A stretch of DNA of 64,000 bases from positions 64,792 through 128,791 of the forward strand of contig JBAZMQ010000001.1 in assembly GCA_041649675.1 (NCBI GenBank). Direction: 5' to 3'. The notes under the pieces are model-generated. The model was not told where the DNA came from. It saw nothing but the letters and a program-made list of their open reading frames with translations, and did not search any database. The translations under genes and the position numbers were made by a program. The stretch comes from Patescibacteria group bacterium. Its GTDB lineage: Bacteria > Patescibacteriota > Patescibacteriia > Buchananbacterales > UBA6539. Positions 36,983 through 47,096 of this stretch are shown here, piece by piece; the first letter of the stretch is position 1; each line of letters begins with the position of its first letter.

Positions 36983-38821
36983 ATGAAACAGCGCAAAAAG
37001 GACAAAAAAATAAAATACGTTGACTTGCGCCAGATTGATACTGATCATGATGGTCTTTCTGATTATGACGAAATCAATGTCTATGGCAGTGATCCAAATA
37101 ATTCCGATACGGATAATGATGGAATTGATGACGGTGATGATGTTAAGCAGGGTTTCAATCCTCGGACGGAAAATATAAAAAATCTTTTTATACCTAGACG
37201 GAGCAATAAATATCAGCCGCAGATTTTAAGACCAAAGCGTTTGGTTTTTTATAGTTTCAGCGCGGTTTTAATGAAATTGATTATTATTGCTTTTGTTTTT
37301 TTCGTTCCCATTACCGCTTTTTTAACGCCAGATATTTTAAGCCAGGAAAGTAAAAAAGTAATTGAATTGACAAATAAAATTCGGGCGTCGTTATCAATTT
37401 CTATTTTGAAAGAAAATAGCACTTTGGACCAGGCAGCAATTAATAAAGCTCAAGATATGTTATTGCAGCAGTATTTTGCTCATGTCGGCCCAGATAAAAA
37501 GAATTTAACAGATTGGTTAAGTTTAGTCGGTTACAGCTATGACATTGCTGGTGAAAATTTAGCCTTGGGTTTTGCTAATGCTTCTGATGTGGTTAATGCT
37601 TGGGCTAAAAGTAAAACTCACTATGCCAATATGATTGATCCGGATTTTTCGGAAGTCGGGGTGGGCATGGTTAGCGGTACTTACACTGGCCATGATACGA
37701 CCTTGGCCGCTCAATATTTTGGTGCGCCAAGAGCCAGCGCGCAAAATAATACCGTGACTAAAGCCACTGCTACTCCAAGTCCGGCCCCAAAACCGGCAAC
37801 TCCAGTGGCAGTTAAACCAGCGTCAACTACTCAGCCAGCTTCAGTAGTAACCAAGACTGAGGGGGATAAGAAAGTTGCTTTAGCAAAAATTGATAATACA
37901 CCAAAAAAATTGATTCCCACTCCGGTTGTGGCAGTTGCCCCAAAACCTCAAGGAGTAGTAGTGGCTGCGCCAACGGTTGCCACCTCTACGTCGGCGGTGG
38001 TAGAAAAGAAAATAGCTTTGGCTGTTCCGGTTTTGATAACGCCAGCTAATAACGCCTTAGTTAATCAAAAAGAAGTTCAGTTAGAAATTTCGGCCCAGCA
38101 GGCGCAAAAAGTTTTGGTTTATAATAATTCCTTAGAAATTGCAGCCAGCAATGCTTTAAATAATGGAATTATTAATTTGGCCGTTCAATTAAACGAAGGT
38201 GAAAATAAAATTAATATTAAATCTTTTCGCGGCTTGGAATTTAAGGTCTCGCCCCAATACAACATTAGCGTTGATACGGTTTTGCCGTCAGTTGATATAG
38301 AAAAAAGCAAAGTGATAGTTTCTGAGCCAACAGTTGGTGATGAAAGAGTGGTAAAAGTAACAGCCTATGTTAGCTCGGATGTAAAAAAAGCTTATGCTAC
38401 CCTGGCTGATTATAAAATTGATTTACAGCTGACTAAAGATGATTTAGGAAAAGATGTTTGGAGCGGGCAAACGATTATATTTAATTACAGTGATAGCAAA
38501 CTTTTTAATACAGTAGTTTTACCAAATATCACGATTGAAGATCAGGCGGGTAATATTTCTACTTATGATATCTCTTGGGATAAAATTATACCAGTTAATC
38601 CATCTCTTTTAAAACAATACTTTTTTATCAAAGACTACCCCTTAAGTAAAAATGTTAATCTATTATTTGATATTTCAGGTTGGTTTTATAAATTTATTTT
38701 GACCGTAGCAATTATTTCTTTGCTACTTAACATATTCATTCAAATTAGACGGCAGTATCCTAGAGTTATACTTTCAACCTTGGGTTTTATCTTGCTGTTA
38801 GGTATTTTAATAGTCGTTTAA
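36983..38821 (+). CDS. CAP (SCP) domain membrane protein with N-terminal Ca-binding DxDxDG repeats
   Basis: DTDHDGLSD/DTDNDGIDD; KAQDM...YFAH, AGENLA, W..S.TH.AN; P/T/A-rich linker; C-terminal TMs. Confidence 0.85.
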   Translation: MKQRKKDKKIKYVDLRQIDTDHDGLSDYDEINVYGSDPNNSDTDNDGIDDGDDVKQGFNPRTENIKNLFIPRRSNKYQPQILRPKRLVFYSFSAVLMKLIIIAFVFFVPITAFLTPDILSQESKKVIELTNKIRASLSISILKENSTLDQAAINKAQDMLLQQYFAHVGPDKKNLTDWLSLVGYSYDIAGENLALGFANASDVVNAWAKSKTHYANMIDPDFSEVGVGMVSGTYTGHDTTLAAQYFGAPRASAQNNTVTKATATPSPAPKPATPVAVKPASTTQPASVVTKTEGDKKVALAKIDNTPKKLIPTPVVAVAPKPQGVVVAAPTVATSTSAVVEKKIALAVPVLITPANNALVNQKEVQLEISAQQAQKVLVYNNSLEIAASNALNNGIINLAVQLNEGENKINIKSFRGLEFKVSPQYNISVDTVLPSVDIEKSKVIVSEPTVGDERVVKVTAYVSSDVKKAYATLADYKIDLQLTKDDLGKDVWSGQTIIFNYSDSKLFNTVVLPNITIEDQAGNISTYDISWDKIIPVNPSLLKQYFFIKDYPLSKNVNLLFDISGWFYKFILTVAIISLLLNIFIQIRRQYPRVILSTLGFILLLGILIVV

Positions 38822-39040
38822 ATTTCAATAAGGGGAGGGGAAAATGCATTCAGCTAAAACTCATACTTTTAAATATTAGTCCCAGCTTTTATGGCTGGGT
38901 TTTTAGATAAATTGTTAGTCTTGACTTTTTCGTTAATTAATGATAGAGTATAATGATTTAATAAAGTAAATAATTTTGCTTTATTAAGCTAAAATTTTAT
39001 TATATTCAAGCTATATTTAATTTAAATTTATATTAATTTT

Positions 39041-39994
39041 ATGGCAAAACTGATTTCAATTATTATTCCGGTTTATAACGAACAAGATAATATTTTTTTA
39101 ATTTATCAAGCGTTGGTTGAGCAGTTCAAAAAATTAGGTAGTCAGTATGATTACGAAATTATTTTTGTGAATGACGGCAGTACGGATAAGAGTTTGGAGC
39201 AGATTAATCAATTGTCGCAAAGGGACTTAAAAATAAAGTATTTGGAATTTTCCCGTAATTTTGGTAAAGAGTTTGCCACCAGCGCTGGTTTAAAGTATTG
39301 TCTTGGCGGTGCCGCTATTCTGATTGATGCTGATTTGCAGCACCCGCCAGAAATTTTGTCACAATTTATTACTAGGTGGCAGGCTGGGGCAGACATGGTC
39401 ATCGGAGTTAGAAAAAAATACCAAAGCGCTAATTTATTTAAGCGTTTAACCTCAAGCTTATTTTACCGGATCATGAATTTTATTAGTGGCACTAAAATTA
39501 CGGCTAAAGCGACTGATTATCGTTTAATTGATCGTAAGGTAATTGATGAATTTAATCGTTTGACCGAGCATAACCGAATCACTCGGGGGTTGTTGGATTG
39601 GCTGGGCTTTAAAAGGGATTATGTTTATTTTACCGCCGGCAAAAGGATTAATGGTAAAATTTCTTATAACAAAGTTAAGCTTTTCAAGCTGGCGGTATCA
39701 GCTTTAGTTACCCATAGTTTATTGCCACTAAAAGTTGCTGGCTATCTGGGGCTGATTATTATTGTATTTTCCGGGCCACTGGGATTTTTCATTTTTATTG
39801 ATAAATACATGATCAATGATCCCTTTGGTTTTGCTTTTTCCGGACCAGCAATTTTGGCAGTTATTAATTTGTTTTTAGTTGGAATTACTCTAAGTTGTTT
39901 GGGGTTGATTGCTTTGTATATTGGTAATATTCAAACCGAAGTGATGAATCGGCCACTTTATATTATTAGGGATAAAAAGAACATCACTAAATAA
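39041..39994 (+). CDS. GT2 polyprenol-phosphate glycosyltransferase (GtrB/DPM1-like)
   Basis: IIPVYNE, NDGS.D, SRNFGKE, DADLQHPP, two C-terminal TMs, RP.YII. Confidence 0.93.
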   Translation: MAKLISIIIPVYNEQDNIFLIYQALVEQFKKLGSQYDYEIIFVNDGSTDKSLEQINQLSQRDLKIKYLEFSRNFGKEFATSAGLKYCLGGAAILIDADLQHPPEILSQFITRWQAGADMVIGVRKKYQSANLFKRLTSSLFYRIMNFISGTKITAKATDYRLIDRKVIDEFNRLTEHNRITRGLLDWLGFKRDYVYFTAGKRINGKISYNKVKLFKLAVSALVTHSLLPLKVAGYLGLIIIVFSGPLGFFIFIDKYMINDPFGFAFSGPAILAVINLFLVGITLSCLGLIALYIGNIQTEVMNRPLYIIRDKKNITK

Positions 39995-40833
39995 TGAATG
40001 AACAATCCTTAAAACCTAAAGTTTCCGTTCTCCTGACTGCCTATAACAATCAGGCTTATATCAAACAAGCAATTGAAAGTATTTTAAATCAAACATTTTC
40101 TGAATTTGAATTTATTATTATTGACGACGCTTCAACTGACAACACTTGGGCAATAATCAGTGACTATGCCGCAAAAGATTTGCGAATCAGGATATACAAA
40201 AACGGTTTGAACTTAGGTATAAGTAAAAATCGAAATAGGCTTATTAGTTTGGCTCGAGGTGAATATATTGTTTGGCAAGATGCCGATGATATTTCTTTGC
40301 CCAACCGTTTAGCCAATCAAGTTAGCTTTATGCAGAGCCAGCCTGAAGTTGCTATCAGTGGTGGTTACCTTCAATTTTTTAATGAAACTCAAGGTAATTT
40401 AAGCATCAGAAAATATGCTGTTGCTGATAAGGAGCTACGGGCAAAAATTTTTCGTTATTCGCCCCTAGCTCAACCCTCAGCAATTGTTCGCAAAGACGCC
40501 TTGGTAAAAATTGGTGGCTATGATGAAACTTTAGCCGTAGCCGAAGATTTGGATGTTGTTTTTCGGATTGGCCAAGATTATAAATTTGCTAATCTAGCCC
40601 AAGTCCTAGTTTTGTATCGTCAGCAATCACAGTCAATCACTTTCAAAAAACTTAAAATTTTGGAATTAAATACTCTGAAAATTAGGTTTCATTTCGTGAG
40701 GAATAAAAGCTATAAGCCTAATTTTTTTGATATTTTGTACAATTTGGGCCAATTTTTAACGCTTTATTTATTGCCGGCCAAATTCAGAGTTAAAATTTTT
40801 GATCGTTTCAGGAATCAAAAAATTTATGGATAA
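39994..40833 (+). CDS. GT2 family glycosyltransferase
   Basis: YN...YI..AIESIL.QT, DDASTD, DADD, EDLD. Confidence 0.92.
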   Translation: MNEQSLKPKVSVLLTAYNNQAYIKQAIESILNQTFSEFEFIIIDDASTDNTWAIISDYAAKDLRIRIYKNGLNLGISKNRNRLISLARGEYIVWQDADDISLPNRLANQVSFMQSQPEVAISGGYLQFFNETQGNLSIRKYAVADKELRAKIFRYSPLAQPSAIVRKDALVKIGGYDETLAVAEDLDVVFRIGQDYKFANLAQVLVLYRQQSQSITFKKLKILELNTLKIRFHFVRNKSYKPNFFDILYNLGQFLTLYLLPAKFRVKIFDRFRNQKIYG

Positions 40834-41659
40834 AATTTTGCCAAAAATTTCAGTTATCATGCCGTTTTATAATGCTAAAGATTTTTTGGCCCAAGCGGTT
40901 GAAAGCATTTTGAACCAGACCTTTGCCGATTTTGAGCTGATAATTATCAATGACGCTTCAACTGATAACTCCGAGCAAATTATTCAGCCATTTTTAGCCG
41001 ACAAAAGGATTGTTTACGTAAAAAATGATAAAAATCAGGGTATTGTTAATAATTTAAATTATGGTTTAAAAATTGCTAAAGCGGAAATCATTGCTCGGAT
41101 GGACGGCGATGATGTTTCTTTACCCACTCGGCTAGAGGAACAATTTCAGTTTTTATTGGAAAATCATAATATTGCCGCGGTTGGGTCATTTGTCAAAATT
41201 ATTGATGAAAATAGCCAAGAAATTGATCAGCGGACAAAACCAATTGATCCCCAAGTTATAAAAAATAATTTAATAATTTATTCACCACTGGTTCATCCGG
41301 CCACCATGTTTCGTAAATCAATCATTTTGCAGGTTGGGGGATATAGAAATCAGTATTTATATGTTGAAGACATTGATTTATGGTATCGGCTTGTTTATTC
41401 TGGATTTAAAATTTCCAATGTTAGTAAATTTTTATTGGGCTATCGTTATCACAAAAACTCTACGGCCAATCAGGCAAAAGCCAATGCTAAGAGAGCCTTC
41501 AAATTAAGAATGGAAACTATTAAACGGTTCAGATTAAAGATAAGTTTTAAACAGTATTTATTAATTTATGCTCAGTTAATCGCCGGACTTATTCTTTCTG
41601 GTCGCCAGCGGCAACACTTAGAAGGCATATACAAAAAGATTGTTTATCATGATAAATAG
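40826..41659 (+). CDS. GT2 family glycosyltransferase (paralog of the upstream gene)
   Basis: MP.YN, NDASTD, RMDGDD, HP..MFR, EDIDLW. Confidence 0.92.
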   Translation: MDKILPKISVIMPFYNAKDFLAQAVESILNQTFADFELIIINDASTDNSEQIIQPFLADKRIVYVKNDKNQGIVNNLNYGLKIAKAEIIARMDGDDVSLPTRLEEQFQFLLENHNIAAVGSFVKIIDENSQEIDQRTKPIDPQVIKNNLIIYSPLVHPATMFRKSIILQVGGYRNQYLYVEDIDLWYRLVYSGFKISNVSKFLLGYRYHKNSTANQAKANAKRAFKLRMETIKRFRLKISFKQYLLIYAQLIAGLILSGRQRQHLEGIYKKIVYHDK

Positions 41660-44072
41660 AAAACAAAATTTTATTTTTCGCAACTGGCATTGGCTGGTAT
41701 TTTTATTTTTGGCTTTTATCTGCCTTGCCTTTTTGCTATTTCAGCGAGGCATTTGGGCTTTTGCCGATAGCGGTTTTTATTACCAAAATATTTTAGAAGC
41801 CAAAAAAATTGCTTTTGCCAAACTGGGACAATTTGCCAATACTGATGGTTTTTATTTGGGGTTTGATAACTCAGCTCAAAGTTTTTCCCATTTAATTATT
41901 TCTTTTTATCAAGTTTTTTTAACCTCAATTTTTGGTTCTGACTTAGGCCAAATAATTTATTATTTTGTTTATTATTTCCTCTGTTTTTATTTTGGTCAAA
42001 AATTATTGAAGAAATTATTTTTTGAGCTAAAACCAAACCAGATCAGGCTCGGGGCTTTGTTTTTGACTTTTAATCCTTTTTCGCTTTTGCTTACCACTTT
42101 ATTTACCATTAGCTATATCTATCCATTATTTATTATCTTTTTTTATGCTTTATTAAACTACCTGGATAAGGGTAAAACTTTGAATCTGCTCTTGGCGGTA
42201 TTTTGCAGTCTTTATCTGTTTTCTTATTTACGTTTAATTCCGATTGTTGGTTTAACTTTTTTATTCCTGGTTTGGATATTTTACGACCGAATTAATTTTA
42301 ATTTAAAACGGCTTTTGATTTTGGCTATTGTTGTATTTTTATGTATTAGCCCGTTTCTGGTTGGCAATTTTCAATTCTTTGGTAATTCAAGCGATGTAGT
42401 GAGCAATTACAAAGATTCGTTTAGCAAATATCAACCGGCCAATTATAATTTTAAACAGTCTTTTGTCAATTCTTTAACTAATCCTGGCGGTTTTACCCCT
42501 TCAGCTCTCAGTTTTTTTTATAATAATCGGGGTATTCCTGGGTTTGCCGATAATTACGCGCAAAATAATACTTTTGAATTTTATAAATTTATTCAATTGC
42601 TGTTTAACGTTTTGTTGTTAATTGCAGTTTTGTTCTTTTTGAAAGACAGAAGGAGTCTAAAAATTTTTATTACCCTTTGTTTTGTATTATTTTTAAATAC
42701 CTTGGGTAATTTTTTTAGCTTAGATTTTTTTAATGAAGCTAATAAAACGGTTTTAATTTTTTTGTATAACGACTATGGCTTTTTACAATTTGTTCAAAGT
42801 TTTTTATTAGCCTTTCTTCTAGTAATTTTGTTTCACTCTTTCCAAAAAAAATCAATTAATCATTATTTCAATGGCTTGATTTATTTTATAGTCATTAGCT
42901 ATTTAGTTATCAATGCTTTGCCATTTTTGAGTAATCATTATGGTTTTAAAAAGATTAATTATATTCCCAATGATTACAAACAAGAACTTTTTACCGACAC
43001 TGACTATGATTTTTCTGAGGCAACAATTTTTGCGCCTTATCATTGGCTGCACTTTAAATGGTCGCCATACTTTTTAGATTTGAATACGGCTACTTACTCA
43101 AAGTACAAAAGTTTATTGGTTCCTAATCTAAGATTTATTAATGGTGATTTAGCTAAATTTTACAACCAAATCTATAATAATTTTGACAAGGATCAATTTC
43201 AAAATCTAGCCATTTTTAATGTCAAAAGTATTTTTGTCTTCAATGATGTTTTAGATGCCAATAAAAATATTGATACTTATGAAGTTATTAATATTGAAAA
43301 TGCTGCCAAAAATCTTGAGCTGGCGCTTAGAAGTCGCAGTGATGTTTACCTGGCCAATGATTATTCAAATTTTAGTCATTTTAGATTTAACAGTGCTGAT
43401 GATTATGACTTTTTTATTTATTCGCCTAAAAAATTATTTAATCTAAATTTTGATAATTTTTATAATACAAAATTAGATTTATCCGTTCGGCCCCTGGTTT
43501 TTAATCAATCAAATTTCAATGTGGTAAATTTAATTGACGAAGGTGTTTGGTTAAACAACAGTCCAACAATTGATATTAAGGCATTTAGCAACAATCCAAA
43601 CAAGTACTATCTAAAATTGACTAACTTAAATAAAAATTTGCCGTTCTTGGTCCAATTTAACCAAATGTTTTCGCCGGCCTGGCGAGTCTATTTTACCGAT
43701 CAAAAAGAATGGGATAGTCAAAATTGTCAATCGGGATTTAAAACTTTCAAGCTGACTGGCAATAGCCGTTGCTTGGTTGACGGTTTGGCCGCAGATTATG
43801 ATGATTTAAAATTAATTAATAAAAAATATCTAAAACCCCAGAATCATTTTGTCGGCAATTTGGTTGGCAATGCCTTCCTTTTTGAACCCCAAGATATTAG
43901 CAGCCAAACTAATAAAACCGGCGAAATTTATTTGGTTATTTATTTTCAAAAGCAACTCTATTATCTTATTTGTTTAACCATTTCTGGCTTAACATTTTTC
44001 GTCTTAATTGTTTTGAGTTTATTTCAAGTTTTTAGACAAAAGAAAATCGGTAAACATTATGAAAAGAAATAA
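41649..44072 (+). CDS. Polytopic membrane protein, probable GT-C glycosyltransferase
   Basis: More than 10 TM helices, acidic first loop, FNP motif, large extracellular region and final TM. Confidence 0.65.
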   Translation: MINRKQNFIFRNWHWLVFLFLAFICLAFLLFQRGIWAFADSGFYYQNILEAKKIAFAKLGQFANTDGFYLGFDNSAQSFSHLIISFYQVFLTSIFGSDLGQIIYYFVYYFLCFYFGQKLLKKLFFELKPNQIRLGALFLTFNPFSLLLTTLFTISYIYPLFIIFFYALLNYLDKGKTLNLLLAVFCSLYLFSYLRLIPIVGLTFLFLVWIFYDRINFNLKRLLILAIVVFLCISPFLVGNFQFFGNSSDVVSNYKDSFSKYQPANYNFKQSFVNSLTNPGGFTPSALSFFYNNRGIPGFADNYAQNNTFEFYKFIQLLFNVLLLIAVLFFLKDRRSLKIFITLCFVLFLNTLGNFFSLDFFNEANKTVLIFLYNDYGFLQFVQSFLLAFLLVILFHSFQKKSINHYFNGLIYFIVISYLVINALPFLSNHYGFKKINYIPNDYKQELFTDTDYDFSEATIFAPYHWLHFKWSPYFLDLNTATYSKYKSLLVPNLRFINGDLAKFYNQIYNNFDKDQFQNLAIFNVKSIFVFNDVLDANKNIDTYEVINIENAAKNLELALRSRSDVYLANDYSNFSHFRFNSADDYDFFIYSPKKLFNLNFDNFYNTKLDLSVRPLVFNQSNFNVVNLIDEGVWLNNSPTIDIKAFSNNPNKYYLKLTNLNKNLPFLVQFNQMFSPAWRVYFTDQKEWDSQNCQSGFKTFKLTGNSRCLVDGLAADYDDLKLINKKYLKPQNHFVGNLVGNAFLFEPQDISSQTNKTGEIYLVIYFQKQLYYLICLTISGLTFFVLIVLSLFQVFRQKKIGKHYEKK

Positions 44073-46248
44073 ACGAAAAATTTATTTTAAATTAGTAATT
44101 GCTTTATTGGTGCTTACTTTTTTGGCGTACCTAGTTTTTTTATTGGCCGCTAAACAAATAAATTTTTCCGATCAGGCTTATGTTGCTAGAAATATTTCCC
44201 TAGTTTTTACCGACCAAAATGTATCAGCCCAAGAGCCAAAATTGGATTTTTTAATTGCTGATTTAAAAAATATCAGCAAAACCGTTTCAAATTCAGTGGT
44301 GGTTCAAGTCAATCCCTTTGACCAAAGTAAACTGATCAATCTTTTATTGTCACAGGCTAATAATATTTATATAGACATATTTACTAATAAAATTGCCAAT
44401 AATCTAAGCCAAGCAACTTTTACCAATAAATTTAATATTACTTTGCCCTTTGAAGTAAGGTCTTATTTAACAAAAGATAATGACCTTAAAATTATTTACA
44501 ACAGGGAAACTAGGTTAGTTAAATTAATTTTGGCTGGACAAAATTTTCAGATTAATGATTCAATTCTTAAGCTTAATGATTTGACGGTTTTTCAGATTGA
44601 TAATATTGATCGTGATTCTATCATCCAGATTGGCGATTTATTTATAGATTTAAGCAGCTACAAAAATAATTTAGCAACATCAATTGCCAACTTGCTTAAT
44701 GGCAATGTTAAAAATTACAAAGTTGATAGCCTTAATTTATTGGCTAAAAATAATTTTTCTTTTGAAACTGGCGCTTGGACTAGCCAAGTAGCTGATTGTA
44801 GCGCTTACCTCGGCGGACAGCCAGCAATTAATATGTCACTGGAGAATGATGCGACGAATGGCAAAAAATCACTGGCCCTGACTGCGCAAAATCATTTTGC
44901 CTGCAGCTATTTTACTTTTCCTGTTAATTTAAATAAAAATAAAATTTACAAACTTTCTTTTGATTACAAAACCTTGAAGGGTAATAAGATTCAGTATTAT
45001 TATAATCTAAAAAATACTGTTAATTTAGTGCAGGAAAAATTTGGCTCAATAAAAACTCTTGATAGCAGCTGGCATAATTTGGTAACTTTTATCAAACCAG
45101 AAATTGATTTGGCCAATCGCTTCAGCCTTTATTTTTATGCACCATCTGATGGTTCAGAGACTTTAACTGATTTGTATGACAATGTTGCCCTTGATTCCTA
45201 TGGGTTGGTAAAAGAAATTCCGGTTTCTGGCTTAAACTTTCCTAAGAATTACGGCTTGGCAAATTGGTTAGTTTTAGCGCCTGGCCAAAATAGTCTTAGC
45301 TATCTAAGCTTAAGCACAAATCTATTAAACAATTTTAATTATTCATTTGAGCAAGGTTTTTGGACAAAACAAGTTCAGGATTGCAGTAATTATTTGCCCG
45401 GGCAGGCGAGTATTGGCATGTCTCTAAAAAATAATGGTACGAATGGCAAAAAATCACTAGCTCTGGCTTCACAAAATCATTTTGCCTGCAGCTATTTTAC
45501 TTTTCCTGTCAGCCTGCAGCGCGACAAGCTTTACGTACTCTCATTTGATTATAAGACTGTAGCTGGCAACAAGATTCAATATTACTATAATTTGCAAAAT
45601 GATTTATGGCAGCAGCAAGAAAAATTTGAATCAGTTGAAAGCTCAAATGACAGCTGGAATAAGTTTGAAACCATAATTAATCCTCAAATTGAAAACAGCA
45701 ATAGTTTCAGTCTTTATTTTTATGCGCCGTCTGACGGTTCAAAAACTTTGATTAATCAATATGATAATGTGAGACTGCAAGAGTTTGCCCCAAAAGAAAT
45801 TTATTCCTACTATTTGTATGCTCAACAAAACCTGGCCAAGCCTTTTAGCTTAAAGTCAATTGAGACAATCCAGCTTAACCGTTGGCAAAGCCGAATTAAG
45901 TTAACTGCGGCCAAAGGTTCGCTACTGCTAGTTTGGCCGCCGGCATATAATTTGAGCGCCAAGCTTTATCTTGTTCAAAATCAACAGGCTAATTGGTTAA
46001 ATCAGTTGGCTAATCTAACTAAACAATCAATTAATGACAATCTGCATTTTCAGGTTCAAACTGACAGTAATGGTTGGTTGCTAAATATTGATTCTTTGTG
46101 CCAAAACTCAAAGGTTTGCCAGAAAAATTTAGACGGAACTTACGATGTTTCTTTGCTAGTGCAAAATGATTTTTATAAGTTTAGCTATTTATTTTTTTGG
46201 CTCACGCTAACAATTTTAGTTCTGGCCGCAATTTATTTTAATTTATGA
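44059..46248 (+). CDS. Membrane-anchored protein with two tandem carbohydrate-binding-module-like domains
   Basis: N.SFE.G.W...V.DC repeated at a 195-aa offset; N- and C-terminal TMs. Confidence 0.7.
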   Translation: MKRNKRKIYFKLVIALLVLTFLAYLVFLLAAKQINFSDQAYVARNISLVFTDQNVSAQEPKLDFLIADLKNISKTVSNSVVVQVNPFDQSKLINLLLSQANNIYIDIFTNKIANNLSQATFTNKFNITLPFEVRSYLTKDNDLKIIYNRETRLVKLILAGQNFQINDSILKLNDLTVFQIDNIDRDSIIQIGDLFIDLSSYKNNLATSIANLLNGNVKNYKVDSLNLLAKNNFSFETGAWTSQVADCSAYLGGQPAINMSLENDATNGKKSLALTAQNHFACSYFTFPVNLNKNKIYKLSFDYKTLKGNKIQYYYNLKNTVNLVQEKFGSIKTLDSSWHNLVTFIKPEIDLANRFSLYFYAPSDGSETLTDLYDNVALDSYGLVKEIPVSGLNFPKNYGLANWLVLAPGQNSLSYLSLSTNLLNNFNYSFEQGFWTKQVQDCSNYLPGQASIGMSLKNNGTNGKKSLALASQNHFACSYFTFPVSLQRDKLYVLSFDYKTVAGNKIQYYYNLQNDLWQQQEKFESVESSNDSWNKFETIINPQIENSNSFSLYFYAPSDGSKTLINQYDNVRLQEFAPKEIYSYYLYAQQNLAKPFSLKSIETIQLNRWQSRIKLTAAKGSLLLVWPPAYNLSAKLYLVQNQQANWLNQLANLTKQSINDNLHFQVQTDSNGWLLNIDSLCQNSKVCQKNLDGTYDVSLLVQNDFYKFSYLFFWLTLTILVLAAIYFNL

Positions 46249-47096
46249 TAAAAACAGTGGAAAAAATAATTGATACTTTAGTCAGCGGCTTGGTAAAGTC
46301 TAAAAAAGATATTTTAAGTCGCAAGTGGTTTTTGTTTCTGGTTTTGGCTTTATTCATTGTTTTGTTTCTCAGTTTCGGCTTTGATTTAGCCTTGGTTTTG
46401 GTGTTGATTTTGATTTTTTGGTTTTACCAATGGGATAGCAGAATTTTACTTTTTCCCGCTGGGATTTTTTTGGCGGTTGGTTTGATTTCTATGGTTTATC
46501 AACAAGACGATTTAGCCCGTTTGGCGGCTAGCTATATTTATTACTTCTTTTTGGCAGTTGGTGTTTTACAAATTCAAAAATTGAAAGAGCCTAGAGAAAA
46601 ATTTTTGAAGGCAAACGATCAGATTGACGATTTATTAATTCCCTTGGCCAATCAAGCCAATTTAGCCAAAAGAACTAAAAAAATGTTTTGGTCTTACAAC
46701 CAAGATGGTCTGCTAATCTCCGGGGTAAATATTTTAATAATTTGCGGCTATTTGCTATTTTTTGGCGCTAATTGGCCAAACCAACAAAACTATTATCAAT
46801 TTATCGTACTATTGTTAATCCTTTTGATTGTCAATTCGTATCTTTTCTTTGAAAAGCAGGATAGTAAAACCAAATGGTTAAGCAAAAAAGCAATATTGAA
46901 ATTTTTTGAAAATAGAAACAATGTTTTATTACTTTTGATTAATGTTTCAATTATCAGTATCTATCTGTTGTTATTTGGTTTTACCTGGCCCAGAAGCGGC
47001 AATTATGGCCGCTTTTTGGGTTTGGGTTTTTTCTTGCTAGTGATTAATGTTATTGCCCTTTTGGATATTTCCAATGAAGATAAAAAATATGATTAA
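46245..47096 (+). CDS. Hypothetical membrane protein with duplicated C-terminal helical hairpin
   Basis: YLLFFG.NWP...NY..F repeated as YLLLFG.TWP...NY..F. Confidence 0.7.
   Translation: MIKTVEKIIDTLVSGLVKSKKDILSRKWFLFLVLALFIVLFLSFGFDLALVLVLILIFWFYQWDSRILLFPAGIFLAVGLISMVYQQDDLARLAASYIYYFFLAVGVLQIQKLKEPREKFLKANDQIDDLLIPLANQANLAKRTKKMFWSYNQDGLLISGVNILIICGYLLFFGANWPNQQNYYQFIVLLLILLIVNSYLFFEKQDSKTKWLSKKAILKFFENRNNVLLLLINVSIISIYLLLFGFTWPRSGNYGRFLGLGFFLLVINVIALLDISNEDKKYD

Noticed and set aside
44854-45509. Diversity-generating retroelement TR/VR pair
   Set aside because: Both copies are in-frame domains of one gene, differences are not confined to adenines, and no reverse transcriptase is present.
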